DNA from: Cirrosporium novae-zelandiae
Lineage: Eukaryota
Length of the DNA: 64,000 nt
Assembly (NCBI GenBank): GCA_026023565.1
Contig: JAPETS010000002.1
Coordinates: forward strand, 682,001-746,000
Reading direction: 5' to 3'
Below are positions 14,801 to 28,649 of the stretch, one piece after another. Position 1 is the first letter of the stretch. Every line of letters begins with the position of its first letter. The notes beneath the pieces are model-generated. The model was not told the origin of the DNA. It was given only the letters and a program-made list of their open reading frames with translations, and did not search any database. A program made the position numbers and the translations under genes.

Positions 14801-17800
14801 CGCCACAAGAGGTTGATGCTTCAGAAGGAGGTGACCACATCGGACCTTCAGAACAGGAACCTGCCCGTATTCATACAATAATTCGAGGACGAGAACTTGA
14901 CATAACTGGCTTAGAGATCGATCCTGAATATTTGGAAGCCTTGCCCGAAGATCTAAGAGAAGAGGTTTTAATGCACCAGCTAGCCGAACGCCGATCACAA
15001 GAAGCTGCTTCCGGAGAAGAACCTAGCGAAATCAATAGGGAATTCCTTGAAGCACTTCCCGCAGATATTCGAGAAGAGTTATTACAACAAGAAGCCCAGG
15101 ACCGGCGGCGAAGAGATCGGGAGGCACGGAATCGGGACACCAATGTAAACGGAAGCAATGCAGCTGCACGCGCCGAAGACATGGACACTGCAAACTTCTT
15201 GGCGTCATTAGATCCACAGTTCCGACAAGTTGTCCTTATGGAACAGAGCCCTGAAATAATTGCGCAACTTCCAGACCATCTTCGCGATGAAGCCCGCGCC
15301 CTTGGAGCTGATCGAAGATTAAACCAATATATGGAAAATTCTTCACACAGGAGTCGTCCTCGAGACCAGCACCATGGAGAAGAAACCGATGGGAAAAAGC
15401 CTCCACGAAAACAAATCATTCAGATGCTAGATAAAGCAGGTGTTGCTACATTGCTTCGTTTAATGTTTATGCCTCTCCAAGGACGTTCTCACGATAGCCA
15501 AAACAGTCTCAATGGAATTCTACACAACATATGCCAAAACCGTCAAAACCGTGACGAGGTTGTGAGTATACTACTTTCAATTCTTCAAGATGGGAGTGCC
15601 GATATCGCCGCTGTAGAGCGCAGCTTTGCACACCTCTCTCTACGTGCCAAACAAACAGGGCCCCAGAAGACTCCCCAACCCCCAAGGCGATCTTTAAGCG
15701 GACATATACCCTTCACAACTAATTCTGAAATGAGCCCATTGACTGTTGTTCACCAATGCCTAGGGGCTCTCAATTTCTTAGTATCCTATAATAAACACAT
15801 CACCTCATTTTTCTTGACTGAGCACGATCAAGCTTTTGGTCCAAAGAGCAAGTCGGCTCGAAAAGGCAAAGGCAAGGAGAACAAGGCCAGCAAATATGCC
15901 TTAAATACATTGCTCGGATTGCTAGATCGCAAATTGATCATGGAAAGTTCCAGCTGTATGGAACAGCTCTCCACCTTGCTTCAGAATATCACCCAGCCAT
16001 TAGTTTTGCTAAATGACAAGGACAAGACCGAAACCAAGACTCAAGAACCAACTCAGAATCATGAAGCGCAAAGCAACCTGGTTCCGACAGAATCAACAAA
16101 CAATCAGCCCCCAAGCATGGATGACCACCGCTCACTAGAGGATACCGCAATGACTAGTAGCCAACCTGTTGATACTTCGGCAGCTCCAAGAGAATCTCAA
16201 GAAGGAACTTCTGCTACTGTCGCACGATCGGCGTTAGACCCCCAGTCTGAAGGCTCTAAGCAACCAGAGGAAGTAAAACCAAAGAAGAAAGTCATACCTC
16301 CGGTTGTGCCTGAACAAAATCTCCGCCTTGTTGTTAGTATTCTAGGCGCTCGTGAATGCAACAGCAAAACTTTTAGGGATACCCTTTCAACGATCAACAA
16401 CATGTCTGCCATCCCTGGAGCAAAGGAGATATTTGGTCAAGAGCTTCTTTCTCAAGCTCGAAATCTAGCTGCATCAATCTTAGCGGACTTGGAGGAGCTA
16501 CTGCCTCAGATCAAGAATGCTCAAACTGGTATGGAGGTTCAAGGACTTGCCCTAGCGAAGTTTTCCCCCGCAAGTTCAGATCAAGCAAAGCTGCTTCGGG
16601 TTTTGACTGCCCTTGACTACATCTTCGACCCCAAGCGTACCTCTACTGAGAAGAAAGAATCGATAGAAGAAGAGCCTTCACAAAGCAAGGAAGCTTTCCT
16701 TGCTGCTCTTCATGAAAATCCAACGTTTGGTTCTCTCTGGGCGAAGCTCAGCGACTGTTTGGTAGCTATCCGTGAACGGGAAAACATGCTCAGTGTTGCA
16801 ACAATATTATTGCCCCTTGTAGAATCACTGATGGTTGTGTGCAAGAATACCACTCCTGTAGACACACCGGCATTCCGACATCTGCGGGCTTCTTCAATCT
16901 CAACTCCTCCACCAGAATCTCGAATGGAAAGCTTATTCTTTTCTTTCACAGAGGAACATCGCAAGATCCTCAATGACCTTGTTCGAAATAACCCCAAGCT
17001 CATGAGTGGGACATTTTCCCTACTTGTCAGAAACCCGAAGGTCCTAGAGTTTGACAATAAACGCAACTATTTCAACCGTCGCATGCATTCTCGTAACCAT
17101 GATCAGGTCAGACATACACAACCGCCATTGCAACTTTCTGTGCGTCGAGACCAGGTCTTCTTAGACTCCTTCAAGTCTTTGTATTTCAAGTCGGCCGATG
17201 AAATGAAGTATGGTAAACTCAATATCCGATTTCATGGAGAAGAAGGTGTAGATGCCGGCGGTGTTACGAGAGAATGGTTCCAAGTTCTCTCACGACAAAT
17301 GTTCAATGCTGACTATGCACTCTTCATTCCTGTCGCTTCTGATCGTACAACATTCCATCCAAATTCACTTAGTTCCGTTAACCCTGAACATCTATTGTTC
17401 TTCAAGTTCATTGGACGCATCATTGGAAAAGCGCTCTATGAAGGGCGTGTTCTTGATTGCCACTTCAGCAGAGCCGTCTATAAGCGTATCCTGGGCAAAA
17501 CAGTGTCAATCAAGGATATGGAGACTCTTGACCTTGAGTATTACAAGTCACTAGTCTGGATGTTAGAGAATGACATAACCGATATCATCACTGAGACCTT
17601 TTCGATTGAAGAGAATGATTTCGGTGCTACTAAAATCATTGATCTTATTGACAATGGTCGTAGCATCGCAGTCACCGAAGAGAACAAGCAGGAATACGTT
17701 CAGCTGGTCGTTGAGTATAAGCTGACAGGATCAGTCAAGCAGCAACTAGAAGAATTCTTGAAGGGTATGTCATATCCACATATAATTTAACCGCGTTTAT

Positions 17801-18314
17801 GTTCTAATTAAGATACGGCAGGTTTCCACGACATTGTCCCAGCAGATCTGATTTCAATTTTCAACGAACAAGAGCTCGAATTACTAATATCTGGTCTCCC
17901 TGACATTGATGTTGATGACTGGAAGAACAATACTGAATACCACAACTATTCAGCCTCGTCTCCGCAGATTCAATGGTTCTGGAGAGCTGTTCGTTCATTC
18001 GATAAGGAGGAGCGCGCTAAATTGCTCCAGTTCGTGACAGGAACTAGTAAAGTACCTCTTAACGGCTTCAAAGAACTCGAAGGCATGAATGGTTTCAGCA
18101 AGTTCAACATCCATCGAGACTATGGTAGCAAAGATCGTCTACCCAGTTCACATACTTGCTTCAACCGTAAGTTCAATGTTCCACCGAGTCCCAAGACTTA
18201 CTAACCAAATAATAAATAGAGCTTGACCTTCCAGAATACGATAGTTATGAGGCTTTGCGCCAGCAAATGTATACTGCCATGACTACCGGGAGTGAATATT
18301 TCGGCTTCGCGTAG
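5824..18314 (+). CDS. TOM1: Giant HECT-type E3 ubiquitin ligase Tom1/HUWE1 (DUF908, DUF913, UBA-like, acidic tract, UBM repeats, HECT)
   Basis: N-terminal [22 protein letters not shown]-like [17 protein letters not shown] repeats; HECT motifs [15 protein letters not shown] and [16 protein letters not shown] (catalytic Cys). Introns 5872-5931, 13751-13805, 13953-14002, 17765-17821 and 18167-18219; the protein ends EYFGFA*. Confidence 0.97.
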
Positions 18315-18888
18315 ATACCACGCAGAGAGTTACTTGGACTCTAATTTCCTTTATGGTGATGAAGGGCTATCATCATGTATTCCAGGGGTTGCATTTCTAG
18401 GCGCTGGGCCTTCTCCATTTCTCCACATATGGGATAATCAGCTGGTGGTGGATTGTTGCTTCGTTTAACCTTAAGCATCCTTAATCGGCGGCTGATGCTA
18501 GGTGTTGCTTGGTGGGGGACAGGGAAGGAGGGGGTGAAGAAGTTTCCTTTTTTGTGTTTTACAGGTTTTCTATTCGGATATGGTTCAAAAGCATGCGACA
18601 GAGCTTGGGGATAGTGCAAGGGCTTGCGAGATAGGTGACGGGTTTGACGTGTCGAAGTGCAGGATCGATTGTCTTGCCCTGATTATCTTCTCTCGGCCTG
18701 ATTTATGCAGTTGCAAAGACCGGCTCTCGCTTAGCTACTACTTCATAAGTAGTTCCTGTGAATGATATAAAAGCGTATGAAATGAATGAACTAATTTTCT
18801 TCTAACAATATCATTTCCTATTAGACTATTTGCTTATATTTAATTTTAAATAGTGTTGGGCAAAATACGGCATCTGGATAATGTATAC

Positions 18889-18906
18889 CGTATTCACGTG
18901 AATACG
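18889..18906. promoter_or_regulatory. 18-bp perfect palindrome centred on an E-box (TCACGTGA), candidate bHLH (Cbf1-type) site upstream of the PRS gene
   Basis: CGTATTCACGTGAATACG is self-complementary and lies about 360 bp upstream of the PRS ATG. Confidence 0.45.
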
Positions 18907-19269
18907 TCGAAATAATGCATACAATGATATATCTTGGCATTCTTGGCATTAATTGGTCATTAGAGATCTAGCCAATCAGAGCACTAAGATATTTATTATA
19001 TAATTATTGAAGCCTTAGGCATTGATACCCGTGACCTACCTTGTTTAGGGCCGCCCCACTTCTGCTTATAAGCACCCTCCTGCACCTCTAATTAGCTAAA
19101 TTCTGATAATTTACACATCCTTGCTCTGACAGTGATATCTGCCGGCGGAAAACAAGACCCTCCGACGTTGGACAAAGCTTCATCAACTTTTTTCAGTCTT
19201 CAGTGGGGTTACTCTAGATGCCCGCATTTGCAAAAAAACTTATCAAAGACAGTAACCATTTCAACCACC

Positions 19270-20569
19270 ATGAATTCGATCAAGCTGTTGACCGGCAATA
19301 GCCATCCCCAGCTAGCGAAGTTGGTCGCTGATCGGTAGGATCTGGAGTTTGTGTCTTTCGGAAGGAAGCAAACTAATGATACTTGTGCCCAGTCTTGGAA
19401 TTGAGCTCGCAAATACCATGGCGCTACAGTATTCAAACCAAGAGACTTCAGTGACAATTGGGGAGTCTGTCAGAGATGAAGATGGTAACCCCTCTTATTC
19501 CTAAATACCTAATCTATAGAGAAGAAATATACTAAACTCCTTCTGGTCTTCATTCTCCAGTCCACCGCTCCAGGGGATATCAACGACGGTGTCATGGAGC
19601 TCCTCATTATGATCAATGCTTGCAAAACTGCGTCTGCCCGTCGAATAACTGCCGTCGTGCCCAATTATCCATATGCACGCCAGGATAAAAAGGACAAGTC
19701 GAGAGCGCCCATCACCGCGAAGTTGATGGCGAACATGTTGCAGGAAGCTGGATGCAATCATGTCATTACGATGGATTTACATGCTAGTCAGATTCAAGGG
19801 GTATATTCTAACAACCGCTAAAAATAATACAGGAGTGGGAGCTAATTGGGCTTTTAAGTTCTTCGATGTACCAGTCGATAATTTGTTTGCTGAACCAAGT
19901 GTCCTGAAGTGGATCAGAAGTAACGTTGATGTGGAAAATTGCGTGATTGTCTCGCCAGATGCTGGAGGTGCAAAGAGGTACTTTTGCTGCTTCTCAATGT
20001 CCTCTTCAAAAATAACCCCCAATACCTAGGGCTACCGCAATTGCCGATCGCCTTAAAATCCCCTTCGCACTCATCCACAAAGAACGACCACGACCCAACG
20101 AAGTTGGCCGCATGATTCTTGTCGGAGATGTACAATCCAAAACCGCCATACTTGTTGACGATATGATCGACACGGCCGGCACCCTCGTAAAAGCCGCACA
20201 AACTCTCTCCGAACATGGCGCCAGTGAGATTATCGCCATTGCAACACACGGGATTCTCTCCGGTAATGCCATTGAGAACCTAAACAACGCAAAGTTGAGT
20301 AGAGTGGTGGTGACAAACACAGTGCCGGTCAGCCAGGAAAAATTGGAGGCATGTTCTAAGTTGGAAATAATCGATATCAGTTCTGTATTAGCGGAAGCTT
20401 GTCGGAGAACACACAACGGCGAAAGCGTAAGTTCCTTGAGGAGTGGATCTGAGAAGGATCCTTGACTCGATATCCCCCCCCACCACCAAAACTTGTACCA
20501 CCATCTTTGATCATCCCTAACCCCTGTTGTGCTTGCTTTCAGGTTTCCTACCTTTTCTACGAGCATTAG
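19270..20569 (+). CDS. PRS: Ribose-phosphate pyrophosphokinase (PRPP synthetase, Prs2/3/4-like)
   Basis: [71 protein letters not shown]. Introns 19335-19392, 19485-(19519 or 19546), 19801-19858, 19978-20029 and 20427-20542; the protein ends [11 protein letters not shown]. Confidence 0.93.
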
Positions 20570-21465
20570 ACGTGATATGGGAGTATAAACCCCTTCATGT
20601 TTAGGTTGGCATAGGCGCAGTTATTTTTTCAGGGGTAGGATAAACGGACAGTACCTACTAATTCTTGCAAACTGTGATATCCGGATTCTTTCACATACAT
20701 TTCCAAGAGAAGATGCACATTCTGCAAAGTAAAAAAAGAAGAGGTAAATATCAAAATTACAAAAGCTACGTATGTATGTGTACCGTGAAGATATCCTAGC
20801 AAGAGGATTAATGAACAATTGAAGACGAGAGAGGCACCCACAAACACTAGAACGGGGATATTGGGGAGTTCCATCAAGTGGATAGACAGATGCATAGATT
20901 TGAGGTTGGAAATTGGGGGTCGGATTAAATATCTAGCCCTCTATCATTTACTTTTTCTCTTATCCAATAGAATTGGTTTATATTTTTGTTTTTTTTGTAA
21001 AGTCAACTATGGGTATGGTACGAATAAATCACACGACATAGCTTCAGAAAGTCCATCTCTAACTACCTCAATAGCCAAAGGGGGAAGGGGATCCAGGCTA
21101 CTTGGGGCCGAGGCACGTCATGGAACTCCATAGTGTTGGCTACAATGGGCCCTCAAACCGGCGAGACAATATAAATCGGCGCGTACATTAAAGAATCTCG
21201 AGAATGAAATATTGAAAAAAGCCTTCCTTGTTTTCACCTATAATAGTAAACAAAGACCGCTAAGTGCCTCATTGGAATCCGTTTCCATTTTTTTTGCTAT
21301 CTCATTCGCAAAAAAAGACACTCAGCTGTTGATGAATCGCTGATATATCATTATCCATCATACCAGTACGTGTCTCTTTGGTCTTTAAGTCATCTCACGA
21401 GCTGCCCTCCCTATCATCCCCTCACTCCTTTTCCCCGTTTCCCTAGTGCTAACGTGGATCAACCT

Positions 21466-22331
21466 CTACTTGCGCATGCTAGAGGCCCGGCGCTTCTTCA
21501 GGTCGGCCTTTTCGGCCTTCTTTTCGTGAACACGCTTGGCGAGGAGTTGGGAGTACTCGTTCTATGATGCAGAGTGGTACGTATTAGTAATCTAGTTTTC
21601 TGAACTCAATTGTAGAATATCCTTACGGCAGCATCCTTGGCAGCTTCGGCTCTCCTGCGCTTGAGGGCAACGAGTCTGCGCTTGTGTTGGAGACGTTGAG
21701 GAGTAACGAGACGTTGAATCTTGGGGGCTTTGGTGTAGGGTTTGGCGCCCTCTTTCTTGGGTACAACCTCACGGCGAATGACGTATTTGCGAACCTGTTT
21801 TTTTTTGGATTGTTAGATAGACCTGATAGAGATTGAAGGGGGCAGTTTAGCAGGTGGAAGGAAACTTACATCGTCGTCCTTGGTAAGACCCCAGAACCTT
21901 CGAATCTTTGTAGCACGCTTGGGGCCCAATCTCTTAGGGTGAACGCTGGCCTCATCGGTCAAACCTGGAATCTCTTTCTCGCCAGTCTTTACGATGCTCA
22001 GAGCAAGCACAGCCAAATCCATGCCGACAATGCATCCCCTAACACTCTTTCTCTTCCTCTCACCAGTCCGTCGTGGGCGGTAGCAGCTGTGGCCATCAGA
22101 GAGTAAAAGGCGAACACGAGTAGGATGCATAACACCCTGCTTCATTGGGAAACCTTGCTTGTCGTTGCCACCAGTAATCTTGAAGATATATCCCTTGAAC
22201 TCATCACCGACACTGTCTCCGGGGACTTCAGCACCCATGCGACGTTCCATAAAGATGCGTAGCTTGCGCTCTTCTTCCACTTCGATCAGTTTCTGCGACC
22301 CGTTGGCCGGATAGGAGATGTTCAGCTTCAT
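21466..22331 (-). CDS. RPS6: 40S ribosomal protein S6 (eS6)
   Basis: [41 protein letters not shown] and the C-terminal phosphosite RRASSMRK*. Introns 21869-21795 and 21626-21562. Confidence 0.99.
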
Positions 22332-24909
22332 CTTGACGGTGGGTTTGGAATGGCCAAGATGGTAGCTGTTCCTGTGCGTGCGTCGAGTTAGTTGTTAGAA
22401 AGCGGCGAGGTGGATTTGGGTCGACTGTCGACTTTCTGATGTTGTGCTGAACCTTTTGGTGCTGGACAACTTTTCTGTGGGAGGAGCTAATCCCAGTTAA
22501 GCGAGCCAATAACATTTAGTGATTATAGGGCTTAACCGGAGCCTTTCCTAACTTGGAATTTGAAATCTTGGAGAACTTGAGGAGCTGTAGACAGCATGCA
22601 CAAACACATTGAATTAATTAATTCTTATACTCTATGGGCAATTTACATATCTTTAATTCCAATTAAAAATAGCCATTCAAGTTAACTAGATTTGTTGATT
22701 GAGATGCTTGGGTTTTGGATGGAAAAGAAAGCGCTCAACGCCAGCGTGCTTCATTTCTGGCATCTCCGCTGGGGCCATCGACAGGCTCATCATCAGGTTC
22801 ATGAAGATCTTTAAGCTGAAACTCTTAGATGTATATCTAGGTACACAGCGATGGTGCAAGGAGCTTCTAAAAAGCACCATAACAACGCATGAAATTGAGC
22901 CATACTGTGTCACATCTTCAACAGACTTCTACTAACCTCAATCTCCCAAACCTTAGCCCGACAATTTGATGCAAATGTGATAGTCTAGGGCGAAGGGTTC
23001 ATACCAGAAACATGTCGCAAACAACAGAGCCTACAAGACAATTAGTCTTAGATCGAAGGTGTCTTGTCGAAATTCAGCGTGGAGCTACAAACGTCAATCC
23101 CACAGGATGTGACATGATGGTTCAACATGGCCCAATCTAGAGCGCTTGTTTTCCGGGATTTACCAGTAAGTAAAAGAGACGCGGAACTGACAGCGCCTAC
23201 AAAGCAGATAGGCCTTGGGTCGGATGCCTTGTTACACAGAACGACATCCTGAAGCATCCTCCCGTTCACTTTCAAGATGAAAGGGCTGAGGTTCCACTGT
23301 CCTTCCTTCATCAACGTTGGAAGCCTGTATCTTGATAGGCAAAGTCACTAGCTAGTCTAAGAGGGGTTCAAAAAAGGAAATGAACCTCCCGTGCAAAGAT
23401 CCTGCATACTCCAGCAATTGTTGTGTCTGATAGCTCATCTCAAAGTTGAAGCTTCCTTCCGAAATTTAGATCTTGTTCATATGAACCGGACACTGGCCCA
23501 ATTCGGTCACTTCTTCGAATTGTGAAGAGGCCTACTCACCATTCTAGGTGCCAAGTATTGATTTTGATTGAAGATTAATATTAATGCAGATCTCGTTCTG
23601 CCAGAAAGCTTTTTGGATGACAAATATAGCAATAATTAATGTAACAAAGTGGCCTGGTTCATATGGACACAACGGAAGCAAAACGTGTTTGATTTTGTGC
23701 ATTTCACCCCGGATTCAATTTCTACCTCACGATACAATGCAAGCACCCGTTGATCCGAACCTCTACCGACATCTTCATTTTAATTCAAGGATGAAGCGGT
23801 CAACACTCCTCTACTAAGGCCTTCATGTCTTGGTCTTGAAACTTGGACCTCATCGGGGGTCAACATGACTCTTAGGTTCTAAAACACCACCAAAAGATGA
23901 GCTGAAAATATCTGCAAGCAATTACTTATCAAGTTCTGTCTTTCCCGATTTATTTTCAAGGCGTTAAACAGTTGTGCCAGAACCTGCGCCCATTTTCATT
24001 TTAACAGCCATACTTGGTGAAATTATGCTCCAAGTTGCGTCCCTTACAAAGCCTTACAAAGCCAAGCCTAGATAGTGTTGATATCCGCTGTCTCTTTGAT
24101 GAATGTTCGTCTCATCCGAATCTTTCTTATCGAGATCATAGATTTGACAATATGCACTTGCAAGTTTGAAATATGGACCAGTAATCTGGGCCGATGCATG
24201 ATGAGAGTCAGGCGGATGAACTGTCTGATCGTCTGAGTTGTTCCTGAAAATCCGCTCAGTCATTCAGATATTGGATGATCTGTATGGAATGTCTCTTGAT
24301 ATTTCCATGCTCCAATTTCATTACCCATGAATGTTTTGAAGATTTAATGACTATGACATTCTTAACACTTAGAGATCTACCCCTTAGGGTAATATAAGCG
24401 AAAGGGGTGTTTTTAAATTTCTTTATCCCATTATGGCGGGTTGCCCTAAGCAGTCCTGTAGATGCTCCAAATTTGCAGATCGCCCTGTATCCATTGCAGA
24501 TATAACCTGAAAATGTCCATGCTGATAGGTCCGTTTGTTAGTCCGTGTCGTTCTGCATTCCACGTTCACATGATGGTATTGGCTCGCTGATTGGGTGTCT
24601 TACTCTTCCGAGATGGTGTGCATAGCTCCGCATTCAGTCGAAACATCGAACAAAGAAAACCATCCACAATGGGCCACAGTTTTGGCCTAGCTCTCAGCTC
24701 TACATGTAGTAAACCTAAGGCTAACAATTGCATACAGAGATGGTTTGTATCCTTCTCCCAACAAAGAAAAGAATAGTCATGAATTTTGGAAGAGGAAGAA
24801 TAATAGCCTACAAAGGAGACGGACTACTCTATTGGACTTCCTCAATTTTCTGGAGCAAAGACGGATATCAAAGAGGCCCATCGCCTCTAGTGAGCATACT
24901 GCTGTCACG

Positions 24910-27240
24910 ATGTCCTTCCATCGGATACTCCCCAACCCAGCAGCATTGCCATCCACAGATATGCCTGGGAGGTCGATGACCAGAAGCACAACCAGCCTTC
25001 TGCACCATAAAATTACCCCTGATTCTATTTCAACAGACAACAGAGAACCGGACAATGAGTCAAGGCACTCATCGTTGAGCAAGTCTTCCTATAGAGGTGG
25101 ATCAGAACGCTCGTTAAGCCAAAATTCAACCAGAGACTGTACACAGAATATTGAGGAGACAACTTTAAATATTCGGACAGCCCGAAAAAGAGCAGGCCCG
25201 ACTATAGAAACTGATATCCACCCATCTCTGCCAACATCTGCATCGGGTCCTCTATCAGGAGGCTCATTTGGTCGCTCTGGAGAATTACCAAGTCACGTCT
25301 GTCTACGCCAGCCAGACCGCAAAGTCCCACGTCCCCGAAATGGTAGGTACTATGCTCTCTTTATTTGATAAAGATCTATAATTCATTCGATCAGGGCAGC
25401 GGGGCTTTATTAAATCCTTTGTTAAAACTTCCTTGTGCTAACACAAAGATTTCTTCCAGCCTTTATCCTTTATCGCCAACATTATTCAGCCTCTGTCGCT
25501 GCCCAGAACCCAGGCCTCTCAAATCCTGAAATATCAAAGATCATCGGCGAGAAATGGAGACAGCAACCGCCTGAAGTCAAAAACGAGTGGAAGATCCTTG
25601 CAGAGGTATTTGTAACTTGAACATCCCTTATATTCATTATTAATTCCAAGTAGGAAGAGAAGCTCCGACACCAACAACAATACCCAGATTATCGATACCA
25701 ACCCAGACGTCACGGGAGAAATAATAGTGTATCAACTCCTTCAACAAACTCATCGGGACTGAACAGTGACGGTTCTGACCGCTGCCCCAAGTGTGGTGGG
25801 CGGACAATGACAACGCCTTCTACTCCATTATCACCATACCAAGCATCAACTACACCCTTGACTGGCCCAGGCGCTAGTCATTTTTTCCCACTTATGGGTA
25901 CTCCTCGCGGGCCGCCTCCTAGATATAATCCGCAACCCCCTCCGCCTCATGGAGTAGCTGGACTTCCCCAACTAGCTAGCGTACGAGATTCCAGAGACTC
26001 TCGAGATCCCCGAGCTGAACATAGGGATCCTCGCGATATACGAGATCTTAGAGAAAGAATTGACATTGGAACATCTGTATCTCAATCGCCGGATCCGAAG
26101 CGCCGACGATTAAATAATAGCGTTAGCTATGCTTCGGGGTACCATACGCCAACATCCGGCCATAGCACCCCCTTTCCTTTCCAGCAAGTTAGCCGAGAAT
26201 CCTACGATCGATCTCAGATTTCTCGAGGGTCCCCAACATTGATGGGGCCACCTCCTCGTCCTCGAGGCCCATCGCATGATCCTTCACTTACCTTAGCCCC
26301 TCTCAAGATTCAGGTGAACCAGAGCAGTAGCAGCAATCAAGACAGTATAAAGGCAATGGTCATGTCTATTCACTACCTAAATAAAATCAAAGTCCTTAAA
26401 AAGATATCACCCCCCCTTCCTAAGCCAAATCCCACTTCCCCTACTCAAGATATTCGTGGTACCGTCGTTGCACTCGAGGGCAATATATCCGGAGTTGAAG
26501 TTGTTACACGCTATCTCCAAGAGAAATTGACGCCTGGGGACGAGTTTAACGTCAAGTTGTTTGAAAAACCACTTGAAAGCTGGCCCAAAGAGAAGAAATT
26601 TGAAACATACTTAGAGCTTATAATGAAGTGGCATCATACTTGCAAAGACATAATGAAATTTATTACCACCATACCAGGAAGCGATAAAGCTGCACCAACA
26701 GAAGAGACTGACGGTACAAGTACGGCGGCTGAAGAAAAACCTGGAAGGCTCTCGACGAGGAAATTATCAAATGACCAACAGGTCCATTCGAAATCATCAG
26801 AACATTGCTCTCCCTCTCTCTCCTCAATCTCCCCTCGAACTAGTCAGCCCCCTTCCAAAAACTCCTCTCCCCCACGAGATACATCTAATGCACCTATTCC
26901 CATTGCTTTGGTCCCAAACTATCAGCTTACCACTTGTGACATCTTCTCATCTCATATGCCCATTAACGACTCGTATTCCGCCATTGACCACTGGCAGTGG
27001 ATGGCAACGTTATGGCGGGGTTGCGTAGGAGCTGATGTTACCGTTATCGTAACGGAAGTTGAAGACAATAAGGAGATGGAGAGATACGGTGGGGGGACAG
27101 GTGTGGAGGTCAGGCTAGCGGATGAGAATGAGAGGGCTGTTGTTGTGAGGAAGAGGAAAGGGCAGGATGTAGATGAGAGGGCATTGAGAAGGGTGGGATT
27201 TGAAGTTGAAGAGTGGGTTAGGAACAGGGGTAAAGGATGA
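24910..27240 (+). CDS. MATA/SOX-type HMG-box transcription factor (Rox1/Rfg1-like)
   Basis: The spliced HMG box reads KVPRPRNAFILYRQHY...NPEISKIIGEKW...EEKLRHQQQYPDYRYQPRR, followed by CPKCGG and C-terminal HWQWMATLWRG. Introns 25343-25459 and 25606-25653. The start at MSFHRILP (24910) is my choice; the frame is open further upstream. Confidence 0.9.
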
Positions 27241-27721
27241 TCAAAGTGTGCAAATTGATTATTCTCGAAGATAAGATAATACCTTCATGTGAGGCTGGGT
27301 GGTTTGGGAAGGTGGTTTTTCAGGGAGAGTTTGGTATTCTAGTGGAACAACAGGACTATTTAAGTTTCTTATGTGCTAACTTTTGTAGCATAATATATGT
27401 ATAGATCTGTTGATATATATCAAGTCTTCACCGCCAAGGGCAGAGGGGGATGCAACGGTTATAATATAGATAGGCTGTTGTGGCTGTGTAAAATATTTCG
27501 CCGGGTCTAGGGGAGGGTGTTAGTATTTTAGGTGAACACATGTTTTGATATCGATTACTCTATAAGGTATTTTGTTGTCGCAATGAGGCCGTAATCGGAC
27601 TTTATAGTGGAGGTTTCGCATATGGCGCCCGCATCGCAACCCCGCCCCCACTAATTATGATGGCTGCCCTTATCCATGGTCTGGATTATTTTCAAACTCT
27701 GAAGGAAACATACATCTGGCA

Positions 27722-28649
27722 ATGGCAGCAATTATTCTTTCCCTTTCCGGGCCTTCATCAAGTGGAAAAACTACCCTCGCTCGCCTTCTGCGGGAGATCT
27801 TCCCACATACGACGATTTTGCATGAGGATGATTTCTACAAGCCGGAAAAAGAACTTCCCATGATTAAAATGTCAGATGGGAAGGAATATAGGGATTGGGA
27901 CTGTACAGAGTCATTGGATTTGGATGAATTAGAGAAGACTATTGATGTGAGTAGAGCTCAGATCTTTGCATCTTGTGGTTAAGGAAACTATGTGGTGGAA
28001 TATGAGTATATTTTGAATAACAAAGCAGTTCTAAGAGATGGCGGCCATCACTATTGCAAATGCGCCCAACTAACATGTCCTTTTTGTGATCTAGTAGTAT
28101 ATCCACGAGCATGGAAAACTTCCACCGAATCCCTACTCCAAAGAAGACCAAAACTTCGCTGGTCCCTCTGGGGTCTCTCCGAGTCTCATCGCATCATATC
28201 GTACACAGGTCCTTGCTTCTCCCACCCTCTCCAGGCTCCTCTCAGATGACCATCCCCTCTTCATTCTTGATGGATTTCTCCTCTATACCCCTGCTCTCTC
28301 TTGTATTTGTCAAAAGCTTGACATCAAGCTGTTCCTCCTCTCGTCTTTCGAGGCGGGCAAGTCGCGGCGCGAACAACGTCCCGGTTACGTGACATTACCA
28401 GAAGAAGAGTTTTGGGTAGATCCGCCAAGATATTTTGAGGAGGTGGTATGGAAGCACTTTAAAGAAGACCATGGATTTTTGTTTGAAGATGCAGATGTGG
28501 AGAAGGAGGTTAAGGGTGATGTGGTCAAGAAATTGAATCTCAAGGTGTGTCGAGGTTCAAGGGAATGGAGTATGAGTATGATTCTAGGATGGGCATTCGG
28601 AGAGGTAGTGGGGGCTTTAGAGAGGATAGAGAATGGGAAGAAAGAATAA
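27722..28649 (+). CDS. NRK1: Nicotinamide riboside kinase
   Basis: P-loop SGPSSSGKTT, HEDDFYK, DWDC, SKEDQN, ILDGFLLY, RREQRPGYVT and FWVDPPRYF. One intron, 27947-28097. Confidence 0.92.

Noticed and set aside
25320..25720. HMG box as mating-type gene MAT1-2-1
   Set aside because: The protein is long with CPKCGG and WQWMATLWRG regions unlike MAT1-2-1, and APN2 and SLA2 do not flank it.
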